A program made the translations under genes and the position numbers. The notes beneath the pieces were generated by a model. The model saw only the letters and a list, made by a program, of their open reading frames with translations, made no database searches and was not told the origin of the DNA. Below, piece by piece: positions 26,289-39,200 of a stretch of DNA of 64,000 nucleotides. Positions within the stretch are counted from its first letter, which is position 1, and each line of letters starts with the position of its first letter. This DNA is from Mobula hypostoma (Eukaryota): contig NC_086097.1 in NCBI RefSeq assembly GCF_963921235.1, positions 101,000,001 through 101,064,000 of the forward strand. The letters run 5' to 3'.

Positions 26289-29200
26289 CTGATCACGAGG
26301 GTAGAAAGGAGTGATTGAAACAGATTGGTGTTTGTACAGAGGTCTCTGGTAAATTCAGAACGCTCCCAATCTGGTTTAGAATTCTGATGGAATTTTTCAA
26401 AACAAAACTCAAACTTTTTGAAGTCCCAGGCTTCTTTAACTTAGAGAAAAGCATGGCTGGCAAGGAGGAAACAACAGAGTTAGACTCCATACATAGCCAC
26501 AAGGGAGCCCCAGGGGCTAGGTTATCCGGAGCCCCCTGTTGCCAAAACATTAAAGCCCTAGCATTGACAGCCCAATAATAGTGTCTAAATACAAGTAATC
26601 CCAGCCCTCCTTCAGACTTGGGCTTTTGTAAATGAATTTTCGAAATCCTGTGATTCTTATAATTCCAGATATAAGACAATATTATGGAGTCCAATTCTTT
26701 AAAGAAAGCTGATGTAAGAAAACTGGGGAGATTTTGACAAAGATAGAGAAACCTAGGAAGGGAAACCATTTTAAGTGAATTTATATGACCAATCATGGAC
26801 AGAGGTAGGGTTTTCCAATTTTCTATATTCTGTTTAAGTTTTGAAATAAACTCTGCGAAGTTTAATTTGAATATTAATTTAGGATCTTTGGGGATTGTCA
26901 AGCCAAGATAAGTAAAATGATCTTTAACTACTTTGAACAGGACAGTTTCCAAAAAACCCTGCGTGTAGTCGTTGGAGAGGGGCACAAAGTCACCTTTTGT
27001 CCAATTGATTGAGTATCCCGATAGTCTGCCAAAAGAGGTGATTAAATCTAGAAGAGGGACTGACTTTTCTGAGTTTTGTAAGTAGAGTATCACTTCGTCA
27101 GCATACAAACTAGTAAGTGTTTCAATACCTCCCACTTTCAAATCCAGAATATTTGGGTGGCTTCTTATTTTTAAGGCAAGGGGCTCTACCGTGACGGCAA
27201 AAAGAGCCGACGAGAGAGGGCACCCCTGCTGGACTGAACGGTGTAGGGGAAGCAGAGTTGACTTGTCACCATTAGTTATAATAGAACACATTGGGCTGGT
27301 GTATATCAGTTTTACCCAAGATACAAGTGACTCCCTGAACCCAAACCTGTACAGTGATTCAAACAGGTAAGGCCACTCAATCTGGTCAAAAGCCTTCTGT
27401 GCATCAAGGGACAAAATTGCTGCCCCACTAGCTTTCCCATGATCAGCATACATAGTATTAAGGAGGCATCTGACATTGGAAAAAGAGAACTTACCCAGGA
27501 TGAATCCTGTCTGATCAGGATGAATGATAGATGACAAATACTTATTTAGTCGGTAGCCAGCATTTTAGTAATTACCTTTCTATTGAAATTCTGAAGTACA
27601 ATGGGCCTATAGCCGGCCAGGTCTGTTTCCTCTTTATCTTTCTTTAAAATGAGGGAAATGTTAGCCTCGTACAATGTTCTAGGCAAGGCTTTATCTCTCT
27701 TAGAGCAAAATATCATTCTGAGGAGAAGTGGGGCAAGGATATCACAGAATTTCTTATAAAATTCACAGCCAAATCCATCCAGCCAAGCAGCCTTGCCGGA
27801 CGGAAATGACTTAATGGCAGAAGTTATTTCTTCCAATGTGAAGTCAGAATCTAAGTCCTCCCTAGCAGCGTCACTAAGTTTCGGCATTACAAGAGAATCA
27901 AAGAAGTCATTCAAATCAGATTGAGTGGCATTGCATTTAGAGGTGTAGAGTTCGCTGTAAAATTCTTTAAAGCAGTCATTTATCTCCTTAGGGTTAGTTA
28001 ACAGGGTACCCGCCCTCGATCTAATGCAATGAATTGATCTTAGGGCCTGGGCGTCCCTGAGCTACCGTGCCAGGAGCCCCTCAGGCTTGTCCCCCATTTC
28101 GAAATGCTTTTGTCTTACTTTTAAGAGGAGGTTATTTATTTGACTACCCAAGATACAACTGTACTCATATTTAAGCTTCATTATTTTATTATAATCTTCA
28201 GAGGATTTCGAAGCCTGGTATGTCGCTTCGAGCGTTGGGAGAGTATTCTCATTCTCTAATAATCGCCCTTCTCTCTCCCTCTTAGCAGCGGAGTCATATG
28301 AAATTATATACCCACGAATTACAACTTGTAATGTCTCCCAAAGTGTGGAATCTGACACCTCGCCGTTATTGTTAATTTCTATAAAATCTTTTAATCTGGT
28401 GGTGATATATTCTATAAATTTCTTATTGGTAAGTAGGGAGGGGTTAAAACACCAGGAATAGACTCGTTTGGAAAGGGAGAGATTTAGGGACATTGTCAAG
28501 GGGCTATGGTCAGAAGTTAATCTATTATGATATTTTGTATTGGTAACATGAGCTATTAAATGAGAGTCAACCAAAAAATAGTCTATTCTACTATAAGATT
28601 CATGTATATGACAATAATAAGAATAATCCTTGTCAGTGGGATGTTGAACTCGCCAAATATCTACTAAATTCCTAGATCTAATCAAATTATTTAGGACCTG
28701 CACTGGCACGATATTTGAGGGTGGGCGGGAGGCCAATCTATCTAAATATGCATCCAGGTAGCAATTCAAGTCACCGCCGATTATTATATTTGAATTACTG
28801 GCATCCGGAAGTAAATCAAAAACTTTCCTAAAAAAATTTGGCTCGTTTGAACCATAAATATTAAGGAAGATTAGCGGAAATGAATTAATGGAGCCAGAGA
28901 TCATTATAAACCTGCCGAGAGGATCTGTGGTCTTGGAAATGAGTTGAAATGGAGTATTTTTCCTACCATGCTTGGAGGGAGAAGAGTCTAGTTTCTATTG
29001 AAGACCTGTACATAGAGGGACGGTTTGCAACATTTAGTCTGCTGAAAGAGAAATTTGAGCTGCCTCATTCACACCTTTTTCATTACTTACAAATTAGACA
29101 CTACATTCAATCTAAGATATGTAATTTTGAAATCCTTCCAGGGAAACATACGTTTTTTGATATTTTAAAGAATCCTCCTGACTCCAGGCATCTCGTTTCT

Positions 29201-30040
29201 AAGTTTGTACGTTTGTTTGATAATTGCACTGTAGCGTTTACTGTGAAGATTAGAGAAGCCTGGAGAGAGGAGTTGGGCATTGAATTATCTGAAGCTGCCT
29301 GGGATAAGTGTTTGTCTATGATACAGGCTTGCCCTGTTAACAGCAGGCACCAACTGATCCAGTTTAAAGTTGTCCACCGTCTCCATTACTCTAAACTTAG
29401 ATTGCACAGGATTTACCCTTCTGTCTCGCCAATGTGTGACAGATGCCAAGGGACGGAAGCTACATTGTCACACACCTTTTGGTTTTGCCCATTACTGACT
29501 GGATTTTGGTCCAAAATATTTGACTGGTACTCAAAGGCCTATAAAAGATCCTTCCCCTTGGAAGCTGGTCTCGTTATATTTGACTGCTCGCAATCTACTA
29601 TTTGTTTCTCTACAGCCATACAACAGTCTCTAATGCTGGGGATGATTGTCGCCAAAAGACTTATCTTGAGGGAATGGAAATCACCTTCTCCCCCGTTCCT
29701 TCTGGAGGTGGATGGCTGACATGATCCCAGTCATACAGATGGAGAGACTTAGGTTCTTGAGAACCAATTCAATTAAAAAAATTTCAGCTATCTGGGATCC
29801 ATTTCTTGCCTACCTGGACGAGACCGGGGGCAGATGAGCAATTTCCCCCCAGCTGATTTCTCACGGCCCTCATTTGAGATTTAATGTTTAGTATTTATGA
29901 GCACTTTGTACAATAGGCATCCCTCTAATGTTATGTTTCTTTCTTTTTTTTTGCTTATTTCATTTTTATACATGTCTGAGCTGGTATGTTCTTGTTGATT
30001 TCATTGTTTTTTTTGAAAATTTTGAAAATAAAGTATTAAA
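26289..30040 (+). mobile_element. L1/Tx1-type LINE with a 5' inversion (26289-28948 inverted, 28949-30040 sense)
   Basis: EN and RT ORFs lie on the minus strand (28062-28904, 27546-27914, 26293-27537); the C-terminal ORF (28949-29719), AATAAA and A-tail lie on the plus strand. AAAAATGTTACTAGT is duplicated at 26274-26288 and 30041-30055. Confidence 0.93.
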
Positions 30041-30067
30041 AAAAATGTTACTAGTAAAACAACTTAC

Positions 30068-30172
30068 ATTTGGAGATTTTGTAATCGTAATGGTAAGACT
30101 CTCTGGTCTACTTTTGCGAGTGAGAACTGCCATTCCTTCCAGTTCTGCCCTTTTTTTGTCTTCTTCAATTTC
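30068..30172 (-). CDS. CCDC9B: CCDC9B coding exon, 105 nt, phase 0-0: EIEEDKKRAELEGMAVLTRKSRPESLTITITKSPN
   Basis: Acceptor ttacag and donor gtaagt. It continues the previous exon in frame and matches the family motif EIxEDxxxAExxGMAV...LTVTI typical of CCDC9B. Confidence 0.9.
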
Positions 30173-30642
30173 CTGTAATTATATATATATATTTTGTTTG
30201 TTTATTTCTTTATTTTTTAACCAAAATTAGAACCAGAAATGTCAAATTACATTCTCATTTCCTTAAAGTTTCGCCCAGAAATAGTTACTATCTGGAATTC
30301 ACGAAGGTGGACGGAGACAGCTGTGCTCAATATTTAAAGAGCATCTAGATCAAGCACATCAATTGCAAGGCACCATAAGCTACGAACAAGTGCTAGTAAA
30401 TGAGATGAACATAGACAAGTACTTGATCACCAGCATAAACATGTTTCTGTGTTGTTCAACTCTAAAGTGTGATGAATTTTTATCCACGAGCAGTATTATA
30501 GCACACCAAGGAATGGATGGGTTCTGCCTTAAGGAAACAGATTTTTTACTGCAAAGGAAATAGTCATTTGAACTATTCCACCCTTGCTACAAGTAGATCC
30601 TATTATCCAATTATTTCCCCATACCCTATAAATTATTCTCTC

Positions 30643-32836
30643 TATATAACCATATAATAATTACAGCACGGAAACAGGCCATCTCGGCCCTTCTAGTCTG
30701 TGCCGAACTCTTACTCTCACCTAGTCCCACTGACCTGCATTCAGCCCATAATCCTCCATTCCTTTCATAGAAACATAGAAAATAGGTGCAGGAGTAGGCC
30801 ATTCGGCCCTTCGAACCTGCGCCGCCATTCAGTATGATCATGGCTGATCACCCAACTCAGAACCCTGTACCTGCTTTCTCTCCATACACTCTGATCCCTT
30901 TAGCCACAAGGGCCATATCTAACTCCCTCTTAAATATAGCCAATGAACTGGTCTCCACTGTTTCCTGTGGCAGAGAATTCCACAGATTCACCACTTTCTG
31001 TGTGAAGAAGTTTTTCCTCATCTCGGTCCTAAAAGGCTTCCCCTTTATCCTCAAACTGTGACCCCTCGTTCTGGACTTCCCCAACATCAGGAACAATCTT
31101 CCTCCATCTAGCCTGTCCAACCCCTTTAGAATTTTATACGTTTCAATAAGATCTCCCCTCAATCTTCGAAATTCCAGCAAGTATAAGCCTAGTCGATCCA
31201 GTCTACTTCATATGAAAGTCCTGTCATCCCAGGAATCAATCTGGTGAACCTTCTTTGTACTCTCTCTATGGCAAGAATGTCTTTCCTCAGATTAGGGGAC
31301 CACAACTGCACACAATACTCCAGGTGTGGTCTCACCAAGGCCTTGTACAACTGCAGTAGAACCTCCCTGCTCCTGTACTCGAATCCTCTTGCTATGAATG
31401 CCAACATACCATTCGCCTTTTTCACCGCCTGCTATACCTACATTCCCACTTTCAATGACTGGTATACCCAGGTCTCGTTGCACTTCCCTTTTTCCTAATC
31501 GGCCACCATTCAGATAATAAACTGTTATCCTGTTCTTGCCATCAAAGTGGATAACATCATATTCATCCACATTAAATTGCATCTGCCATGAATTTGCCCA
31601 CTCACCTAACCTATCCAGTCACCCTACATCCCCTTAGCATCCTCCTCACAGCTAACACTGCCGCCCAGCTTTGTGTCATCTGCAAACTTGGAGATGCTGC
31701 ATTTAATTCCCTCATCTAAGTCATTAATATATATTGTAAACAACTGGGGTCCCAGCACTGAGCCTTGCGGTACCCCACTAGTCACTGCCTGCCATTCTGA
31801 AAAGGTCCCGTTTATTCCTACTCTTTGCTTCCTGTCTGCCAACCAATTCTCTATCCACATCAATACCATACCCCCAATACCGTGTGCTTTAAGTTTGCAC
31901 ACTAATCTCCTGTGTGGGACCTTGTCAAAAGCCTTTTGAAAATCCAAATATACCACATCCACTGGTTCTCCCCTATCCACTCTACTAGTTACATCCTCAA
32001 AAAATTCTGTAAGATTCATCAGACATGATTTTCCTTTCACAAATCCATGCTTACTTTGTTCGATGATTTCACTGCTTTCCAAATGTGCTGTTCTCATCTT
32101 TGATAACTGACTCTAGCATTTTCCTGTCCATATAGCTATCCAATTTAACTTTAAATGACAACATCGAACCTGCCTCAACCACTTCTGCTGGAAGCTCGTT
32201 CCACACAGCTACCACTCTCTGAGTAAAGAAGTTCCCCCTCATGTTACCCCTAAATTTTTGCCCTTTAACTCTCAACTCATGTCCTCTTGATTGAATCTCC
32301 CCTACTCTCAATGGAAAAAGCCTATCCACATCAACTCTATCTATCCCCCTCATAATTTTAAATACCTCTATCAAGTCCCCCCTCAACCTTCTACGCTCCA
32401 AAGAATAAAGACCCAACTTGTTCAACCCTTCTCTGTAATTTAGGAGATGAAACCCAGGTAACATTCTAGTAAATCTTCTCTGTACTCTCTCTATTTTGTT
32501 GAAATCTTTCCTCTAATTTGGTGACCAGAACTGTACACAATATTCCAAATTTGGCCTTACCAATGCCTTGTACAATTTCAACATTACATCCCAACTCCTA
32601 CACTCAATGCTCTGATTTATAAAGGCCAGCATACCAAAAGCTTCCTTTACCACCCTATCCACATGAGATTCCACCTTCAGTGAACTATGCAACATTATTC
32701 CTAGATCCCTCTGTTCTACTGCATTCTTCAATGCCCTACCATTTACCATGTATGTCCTATTTTGATTAGTCCTACCAAAATGTAGCACCTCACATTTATC
32801 AGCATTAAACTTCATCTGCCAACTTTCAGCCCACTC
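30643..32836 (-). mobile_element. CR1 family A 3' fragment (30643-30765 and 32119-32836), interrupted by a CR1 family B fragment (30766-32118)
   Basis: The family A sequence ccattccttt|cctgtccata is split by a family B copy that has its own (CTATGTTT)n tail. Confidence 0.88.
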
Positions 32837-33496
32837 TAGTACGTATCCAAATCTTTAAAAAACCCTGACTGATCCATTCTTCACCACCCTTACAGACAGT
32901 GAGTTTCAGATCAAAGCTACTCCCAGCAAAGACAAAGTTTTACCTTATTCCCTGTAGCTTGTACACTATATTTTTCACCCGTATTGCAGGTTATTAAACC
33001 GGCCACTAAGAGGAGCGTTCCTTGATTTATCCAGTCCAAACTATTCATGATTTCAGACATCTCTTATCAAATCCCATCAAAGATAAAGCAAAATATTGCA
33101 GATGCTAGAAACCTAAAAAAACAACTCTAACTCTCCTTAGATGGCACTTAAATAGCAGAAATCCCTCAAATCCTGAAATACTCTAGTAAACTTGCTCTGC
33201 ATGCACACTCCAGGATTTTTGAGCTATGTAATGCACTTCTGTATTTCAAGGTATAAAACAGTAAAGAAGCAAAACTGAATGATATATTTCACATAATAAT
33301 AGTTGATTTCTGTTATATTTGGAGAGAAAATGACAAATAACTGATGAACTTGTAAAGCTAAGAGAAGATACTCTGCAACAATGAGGTTAACAGATAATTT
33401 TGCCGAAAGAGAATTTTACATAGCTATTTTATCAGAATTTTGGAAATTGCTTATTCAAATACTACAAAGATTAAAAGACTTTCAAAAATTTCATAC

Positions 33497-33607
33497 ATGA
33501 TATCTTTTCATAAGCGCTTCATTCTTTTTTCGCAAAGCTTCTATCTTCTTATCAAGTTCTGCATCTTTCTCCTCTTTAGTCTTTAAAATGATGTCCACTG
33601 CTGCATC
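33497..33607 (-). CDS. CCDC9B: CCDC9B (C15orf52-like) coding exon, 111 nt, phase 0-0: DAAVDIILKTKEEKDAELDKKIEALRKKNEALMKRYH
   Basis: Acceptor ctttcttttctag and donor gtatga bound an open frame. The peptide matches the recalled CCDC9/CCDC9B N-terminal coiled coil (KEEKDAELDKRIEALRRKNEALIRRYQ). Confidence 0.9.
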
Positions 33608-34614
33608 CTAGAAAAGAAAGAGTACAGTGCATGTCAAATAGTCTACGTAAAGCAATTCACACCAGAAAGATTAAAAATGGAGGCATCGATACGTTAAAAA
33701 CTATAGAAAATATGTCTAAAGACAGTAATAATTTTTTTAAATGTAGGGCTGTGGGAAAGAGGGGCTGAAATAAACTTGATCTTTCAAAGAGATTGAACAA
33801 ACATGGGTCAAACAGCCTCCCCCATGATCTTCAATTCAATGCTGAAAATAATTACCCGCCATAGATTTTAATAAAAACATGACATTAACACACGGACTGT
33901 GGATTACATAATATAACCCACATTTCCCAATTATTACCTAGACTCAACTCACTTCCCTACCAGTCTGATCTTCCCATCTTCCACATTACTATCTACCCGG
34001 GTTTCTTCTCCCTTGGTTTACCTTCCCAGGCCTCTCCCCTACCGCGTTCAATCTCCTATCAACCCTCTCCCCTCACCATAAAACCTGGTTTCACTAATTT
34101 CCTACCAGGCTCTGTCTCACTCCTCCCTCTCACTTCTATAATAATATTTTCCCTCCACACTTCGTCCTGATGCAGAGTCTTACCCAAAAACTTTAACCAT
34201 CACTTTACTTCCTCAGATGCTGCTCAACCCAAATTCTTCAAGTGCTTAACTTTTTTGTTATTTACACAAGAGAGATGGGAATAAGAAAATTGGATTAAAC
34301 CAGAGTGAGAATGCTCTGGTGGAGTGAAACATTTCACAATTTGCCTGAGTAGTGAATTCCACTATGTTAGATAGAAGTGTAGTAATCCAGTATCAGAAAA
34401 TCCCATTCAAATTGATCCAACTTAATTAAGTTTATTAATTTTGCTACCTTCTTCATAGGTGCTGCTTCCTGTCCCAGTCTTTCAAACATTTGCAATTTTT
34501 ATTGCAGGTAAGTTTTAGATTTCTAACAAATGGTAGTATTTTGCTATCTTGAAAATGCCCATATCTGGCTGGAACTTTACTTCCATTGCACAACACTTCT
34601 GAGTAGTAGCATTG

Positions 34615-35130
34615 GTTTATTATTATTATTATGACGATTATTATTATTGTCTCATGTACCAAAGTGCACTAGAAACAATTGTTTTGTAATTCCATCCAAT
34701 CTGATCATTTCACGGTATCAGTATATTGAGGTAGTACAAGGGAAAAGTAATAATAGAAGGCTCACAGTTACAGAGAAAGTGCAATGCAGGAAGACAATAA
34801 GGTGTAAGGCCTTAAACAAGGGAGATTGTAGGATGAGGAATCTACTCTGTTGTATTAAGAAAGTGTTCAATAGTCTTAACAGCAGGATAGAAGCTGTTCT
34901 TCAGCCTAGTGCTACATGCTTTTAAGCTTTTGTATTTTCTACTCAATGAAAGTGGGGAGAAGAGACAATGTCCGGGGTGGGTGGGGTCCTTTCCAAGGCA
35001 GTGAGAAGTGTAGACAGAGTTCATAAGGAAGAAGGGGGTTAGTTCCCATGATGTACTGAGCTGTTTCTTATGGTCTTAGGCCGAGCAGTTGTGGTACTAA
35101 ACCATGATGCTTCTGGATTAAGATACCTTC
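34615..35130 (-). mobile_element. Rex1/Babar-type LINE 3' fragment
   Basis: KDPTHPGHCLFSPLSLSRKYKSLKACSTRLKNSFYP. Confidence 0.7.
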
Positions 35131-35224
35131 TTGGTTCTTTGGATCATTCCAGGCAACAGCCTTGCATCACATCTGCAGCTCATATACTGTAGCATTTCAG
35201 ATGGGCACTTTATTTCCTTCCCCT

Positions 35225-36053
35225 TGTTGGCCAGAAGAAACTGCAGTCTAATGAAGGACAGGAGAAGCAGACAAGCCAGTTGTCTTTGTCTCCCCCTTTT
35301 TGTGGACTCTAAACTGATTCTTGCTCTTGGATAATCTAATTAGCAACTGAACGTGGACACAGAAAGCTTCAGGAATGATCTACTAAACCTGAGACCATTT
35401 TCAAACAAGTAACCATTTGTTGTGTGAAGGGCACAGACTCTGAACTGATTCTTGACTCTGGGACAATCAAACCAGAGCAATAAACCTGAGACCATTCTCA
35501 GAGGAGTAGCTACTTGTTATGCCTACCAACGAAACAATCTGTAATCTCGTTAGACTCTGTCTGGGTTGCCTCATTTGGACCAGTTAGAGTGTAAAGGCAC
35601 AAATACACAAAGCTTGGGTGGGCAGAACCATGGAACAATATTGGTTGTAGCCCTGTACAATGACCAGTAAGAAGGTGACCCACGTAGGTCAGGTGACCTT
35701 GAGCCAATGGTTCAATTGGTGAGGAACAGTATAAGACTCAGGAGCTCCAAATACACAGGGGTGATAACTCTCCAGCAGCCAGAGAGCAACCATCATGGAT
35801 AAGGAGGACCCCACGGACACGTGGAGATTGGGACCACTAAGAATGCCTGGCCAGCGTGGACTCCTTTCCTGGGCAATACCTCTTCTCTTCATTGACTGTT
35901 CATGGAGCATCAGGGGTTCTAGTAGGGAGCACACAGGTTGATAAGAGTGTGAACCCACATGCTTTTTAGTTGAAATAATAAAAGTTACTTGTCGGTTAAT
36001 ATAGATTCTCTGTACCTCACTGATCATTATTACAAAGGGTGATTCTTGTAACA
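35225..36053 (+). mobile_element. Solo LTR, 829 bp
   Basis: TGTT...AACA termini with CCCT on both sides (35221-35224, 36054-36057). CCAAT (about 35704), TATAA (about 35730) and AATAAA (about 35977) occur in U3-R-U5 order. Confidence 0.7.
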
Positions 36054-36231
36054 CCCTTGAGTAGGGATCAATTATTTCAAACACACACCATTTGCATGAT
36101 TGCTGGTTTCCCCAAAGCTTGAAGGAGTGATCACCTATGATCCTTTTGTGCTGCTACTTTGGGATCTCTACAGCACAAGAATTGCAAAGGCAGAGTTTTG
36201 AAAAGCATTAAGAAACTTTCAACACAATAGT

Positions 36232-39200
36232 AATAGAAACATAGAAACATAGAAAATAGGTGCAGGAGTAGGCCATTCGGCCCTTCGAGCCTGCACCGCC
36301 ATTTATTATGATCATGGCTGATCATCCAACTCAGAACCCTGCACCAGCCTTCCCTCCATACCCCCTGATCCCCGTAGCCACAAGGGCCATATCTAACTCC
36401 CTCTTAAATATAGCCAATGAACTGGCCTCAACTGTTTCCTGTGGCAGAGAATTCCACAGATTCACCACTCTCTGTGTGAAGAAGTTTTACCTAATCTCGG
36501 TCCTAAAAGGCTTTCCCTTTATCCTCAAACTGTGACCCCTCATTCTGGACTTCCCCAACATCGGGAACAATCTTCCTCCATCTAGCCTGTCCAATCCCTT
36601 TAGGATTTTATACGTTTCAATCAGATCCCCCCTCAATCTTCTAAATTCCAATGAGTACAAGCCTAGTTCATCCAGTCTTTCTTCATATGGAAGTCCTGCC
36701 ATCCCAGGAATCAATCTGGTGAACCTTCTTTGTACTCCCTCTATGGCAAGGATGTCTTTCCTCAGATTAGGGGACCACAACTGCACACAATACTCCAGGT
36801 GTGGTCTCACCAAGGCCTTGTACAACTGCAGTAGTACGTCCCTGCTCCTGTACTCGAATCCTCTCGCTATAAATGCCAGCATACCATTTGCCTTTTTCAC
36901 CGCCTGCTGTACCTGCATGCCCACTTTCAATGACTGGTGTATAATGACACCCAGGTCTCGTTGCACCTCCCCTTTTCCTAATCGGCCACCATTCAGATAA
37001 TAATCTGTTTTCCTATTTTTGCCACCAAAGTGGATAACTTCACATTTATCCACATTAAATTGCATCTGCCATGAATTTGCCCACTCACCCAACCTATCCA
37101 AGTCACCCTGCATCCTCTTAGCATCCTCCTCACAGCTAACACTGCCGCCCAGCTTCGTGTCATCTGCAAACTTGGAGATGTTGAATTTAATTCCCTCATC
37201 CAAGTCATTAATATATATTGTAAACAACTGGGGTCCCAGCACTGAGCCTTGCGGTACCCCACTAGTCACTGCCTGCCATTCTGAAAAGGTCCCGTTTATT
37301 CCCACTCTTTGCTTCCTGTCTGCTAACCAATTCTCTATCCACATCAATACCTACCCCCAATACCGTGTGCTTTAAGTTTGCACACTAATCTCCTGTGTGG
37401 GACCTTGTCAAAAGCCTTTTGAAAATCCAAATATACCACATCCACTGGTTCTCCCCTATCCACTCTACTAGTTACAACCTCAAAAAATTCCATGAGATTC
37501 GTCAGACATGATTTTCCTTTCACAAATCCGTGCTGACTTTGTCCGATGATTTCACCGCTTTCCAAATGTGCTGTTATCACATCTTTGATAACTGACTCTA
37601 GCAGTTTCCCCACCACCGACGTTAGGCTAACCGGTCTATAATTCCCCAGTTTCTCTCTCCCTCCTTTTTTAAAAAGTGGGGTTACAGTAGCCACCCTCCA
37701 ATCCTCAGGAACTAGTTCAGAATCTAACTAGTTTTGAAAAACTATCACTAATGCATCCACTATTTCTTGGGCTACTTCCTTAAGCACTCTGGGATGCAGA
37801 CCATCTGGCCCTGGGGATTTATCTGCCTTTAATCCCTTCAATTTACCTAACACCACTTCCTTACTAACATGTATTTCGCTCAGTTCCTCCATCTCACTGG
37901 ACCCTCTGTCCCCTACTATTTCTGGAAGATTATTTATGTCCTCCTTAGTGAAGACAGAACAAAAGTAATTATTCAATTGGTCTGCCATGTCCTTGCTCCC
38001 CATAATCAATTCACCTGTTTCTGTCTGTAGGGGACCAACATTTGTCTTTACCAGTCTTTTCCTTTTTACATATCTATAAAAGCTTTTACAGTCAGTTTTT
38101 ATGTTCCCTGCCAGTTTTCTCTCATAATCTTTTTCCCCTTCCTAATTAAGCCCTTTGTCCTCCTCTGCTGAACTCTGAATTTCTCCCAGTCCTCAGGTGA
38201 GCCACTTTTTCTGGCTAATTTGTATGTTTCTTCTTTGGAATTGATACTATCCCTAATTTCCCTTGTCAGCCACGGGTGCACTACCTTCCTTGATTTATTC
38301 TTTTGCCAAACTGGGATGAACAATTGTTGTAGTTCATCCATGCAACCTTTAAATGCTTGCCATTGCATATCCACCGTCAATCCTTTAAGTGTCATTTGCC
38401 AGTCTATCTTAGTTAATTCACGCCTCATACCTTCAAAGTTACCCCTCTTTAATTTCAGAACCTTTGTTTCTGAATTAACTATGTCACTCTCCATCTTAAT
38501 GAAGAATTCCACCATATTATGGTCACTCTTACCCAAGGGGCCTCTCACGACAAGAATGCTAATTAACCCTTCCTCATTGCTCAAAACCCAGTCTAGAATA
38601 GCCTGCTCTCTAGTTGATTCCTCGACATGTTGGTTCAAAAAACCATCCCGCATACATTCCAAGAAATCCTCTTCCTCAGCACCTTTACCAATTTGGTTCA
38701 CCCAATCTACATGTAGATTGAAGTCACCCATTATAACTGCTGTTCCTTTATTGCACACATTTCTAATTTCCTGTTTAATACCATCTCCGACCTCACTACT
38801 ACTGTTAGGTGGCCTGTACACAACTCCCACCAGCGTTTTCTGCCCCTTAGTGTTATGCAGCTCTACCCATATCGATTCCACATCTTCCCGGCTTATGTCC
38901 TTCCTTTCTATTGTGTTAATCTCATCTTTAACCAGCAACGCCACCCCACCTCCTTTTCTTTCATGTCTATCCCTCCTGAATATTGAATATCCCTGAACGT
39001 TGAGCTCCTATCCTTGGTCACCCTGGAGCCATGTCTCTGTGATCCCAACTATATCATAATCATTAATAACAATCTGCACTTTCAATTCATCCACCTTGTT
39101 ACGAATGCTCCTTGCATTGACACACAAAGCCTTCAGGCGCTCTTTTACAACTCTCTTAGCCCTTATACAATTATGTTGAAAAGTGGCCCTTTTTGATGCT

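Noticed and set aside
38220..38996. 258-aa plus-strand ORF and similar antisense ORFs
   Set aside because: These are shadow frames opposite CR1 ORF2, with no independent evidence.
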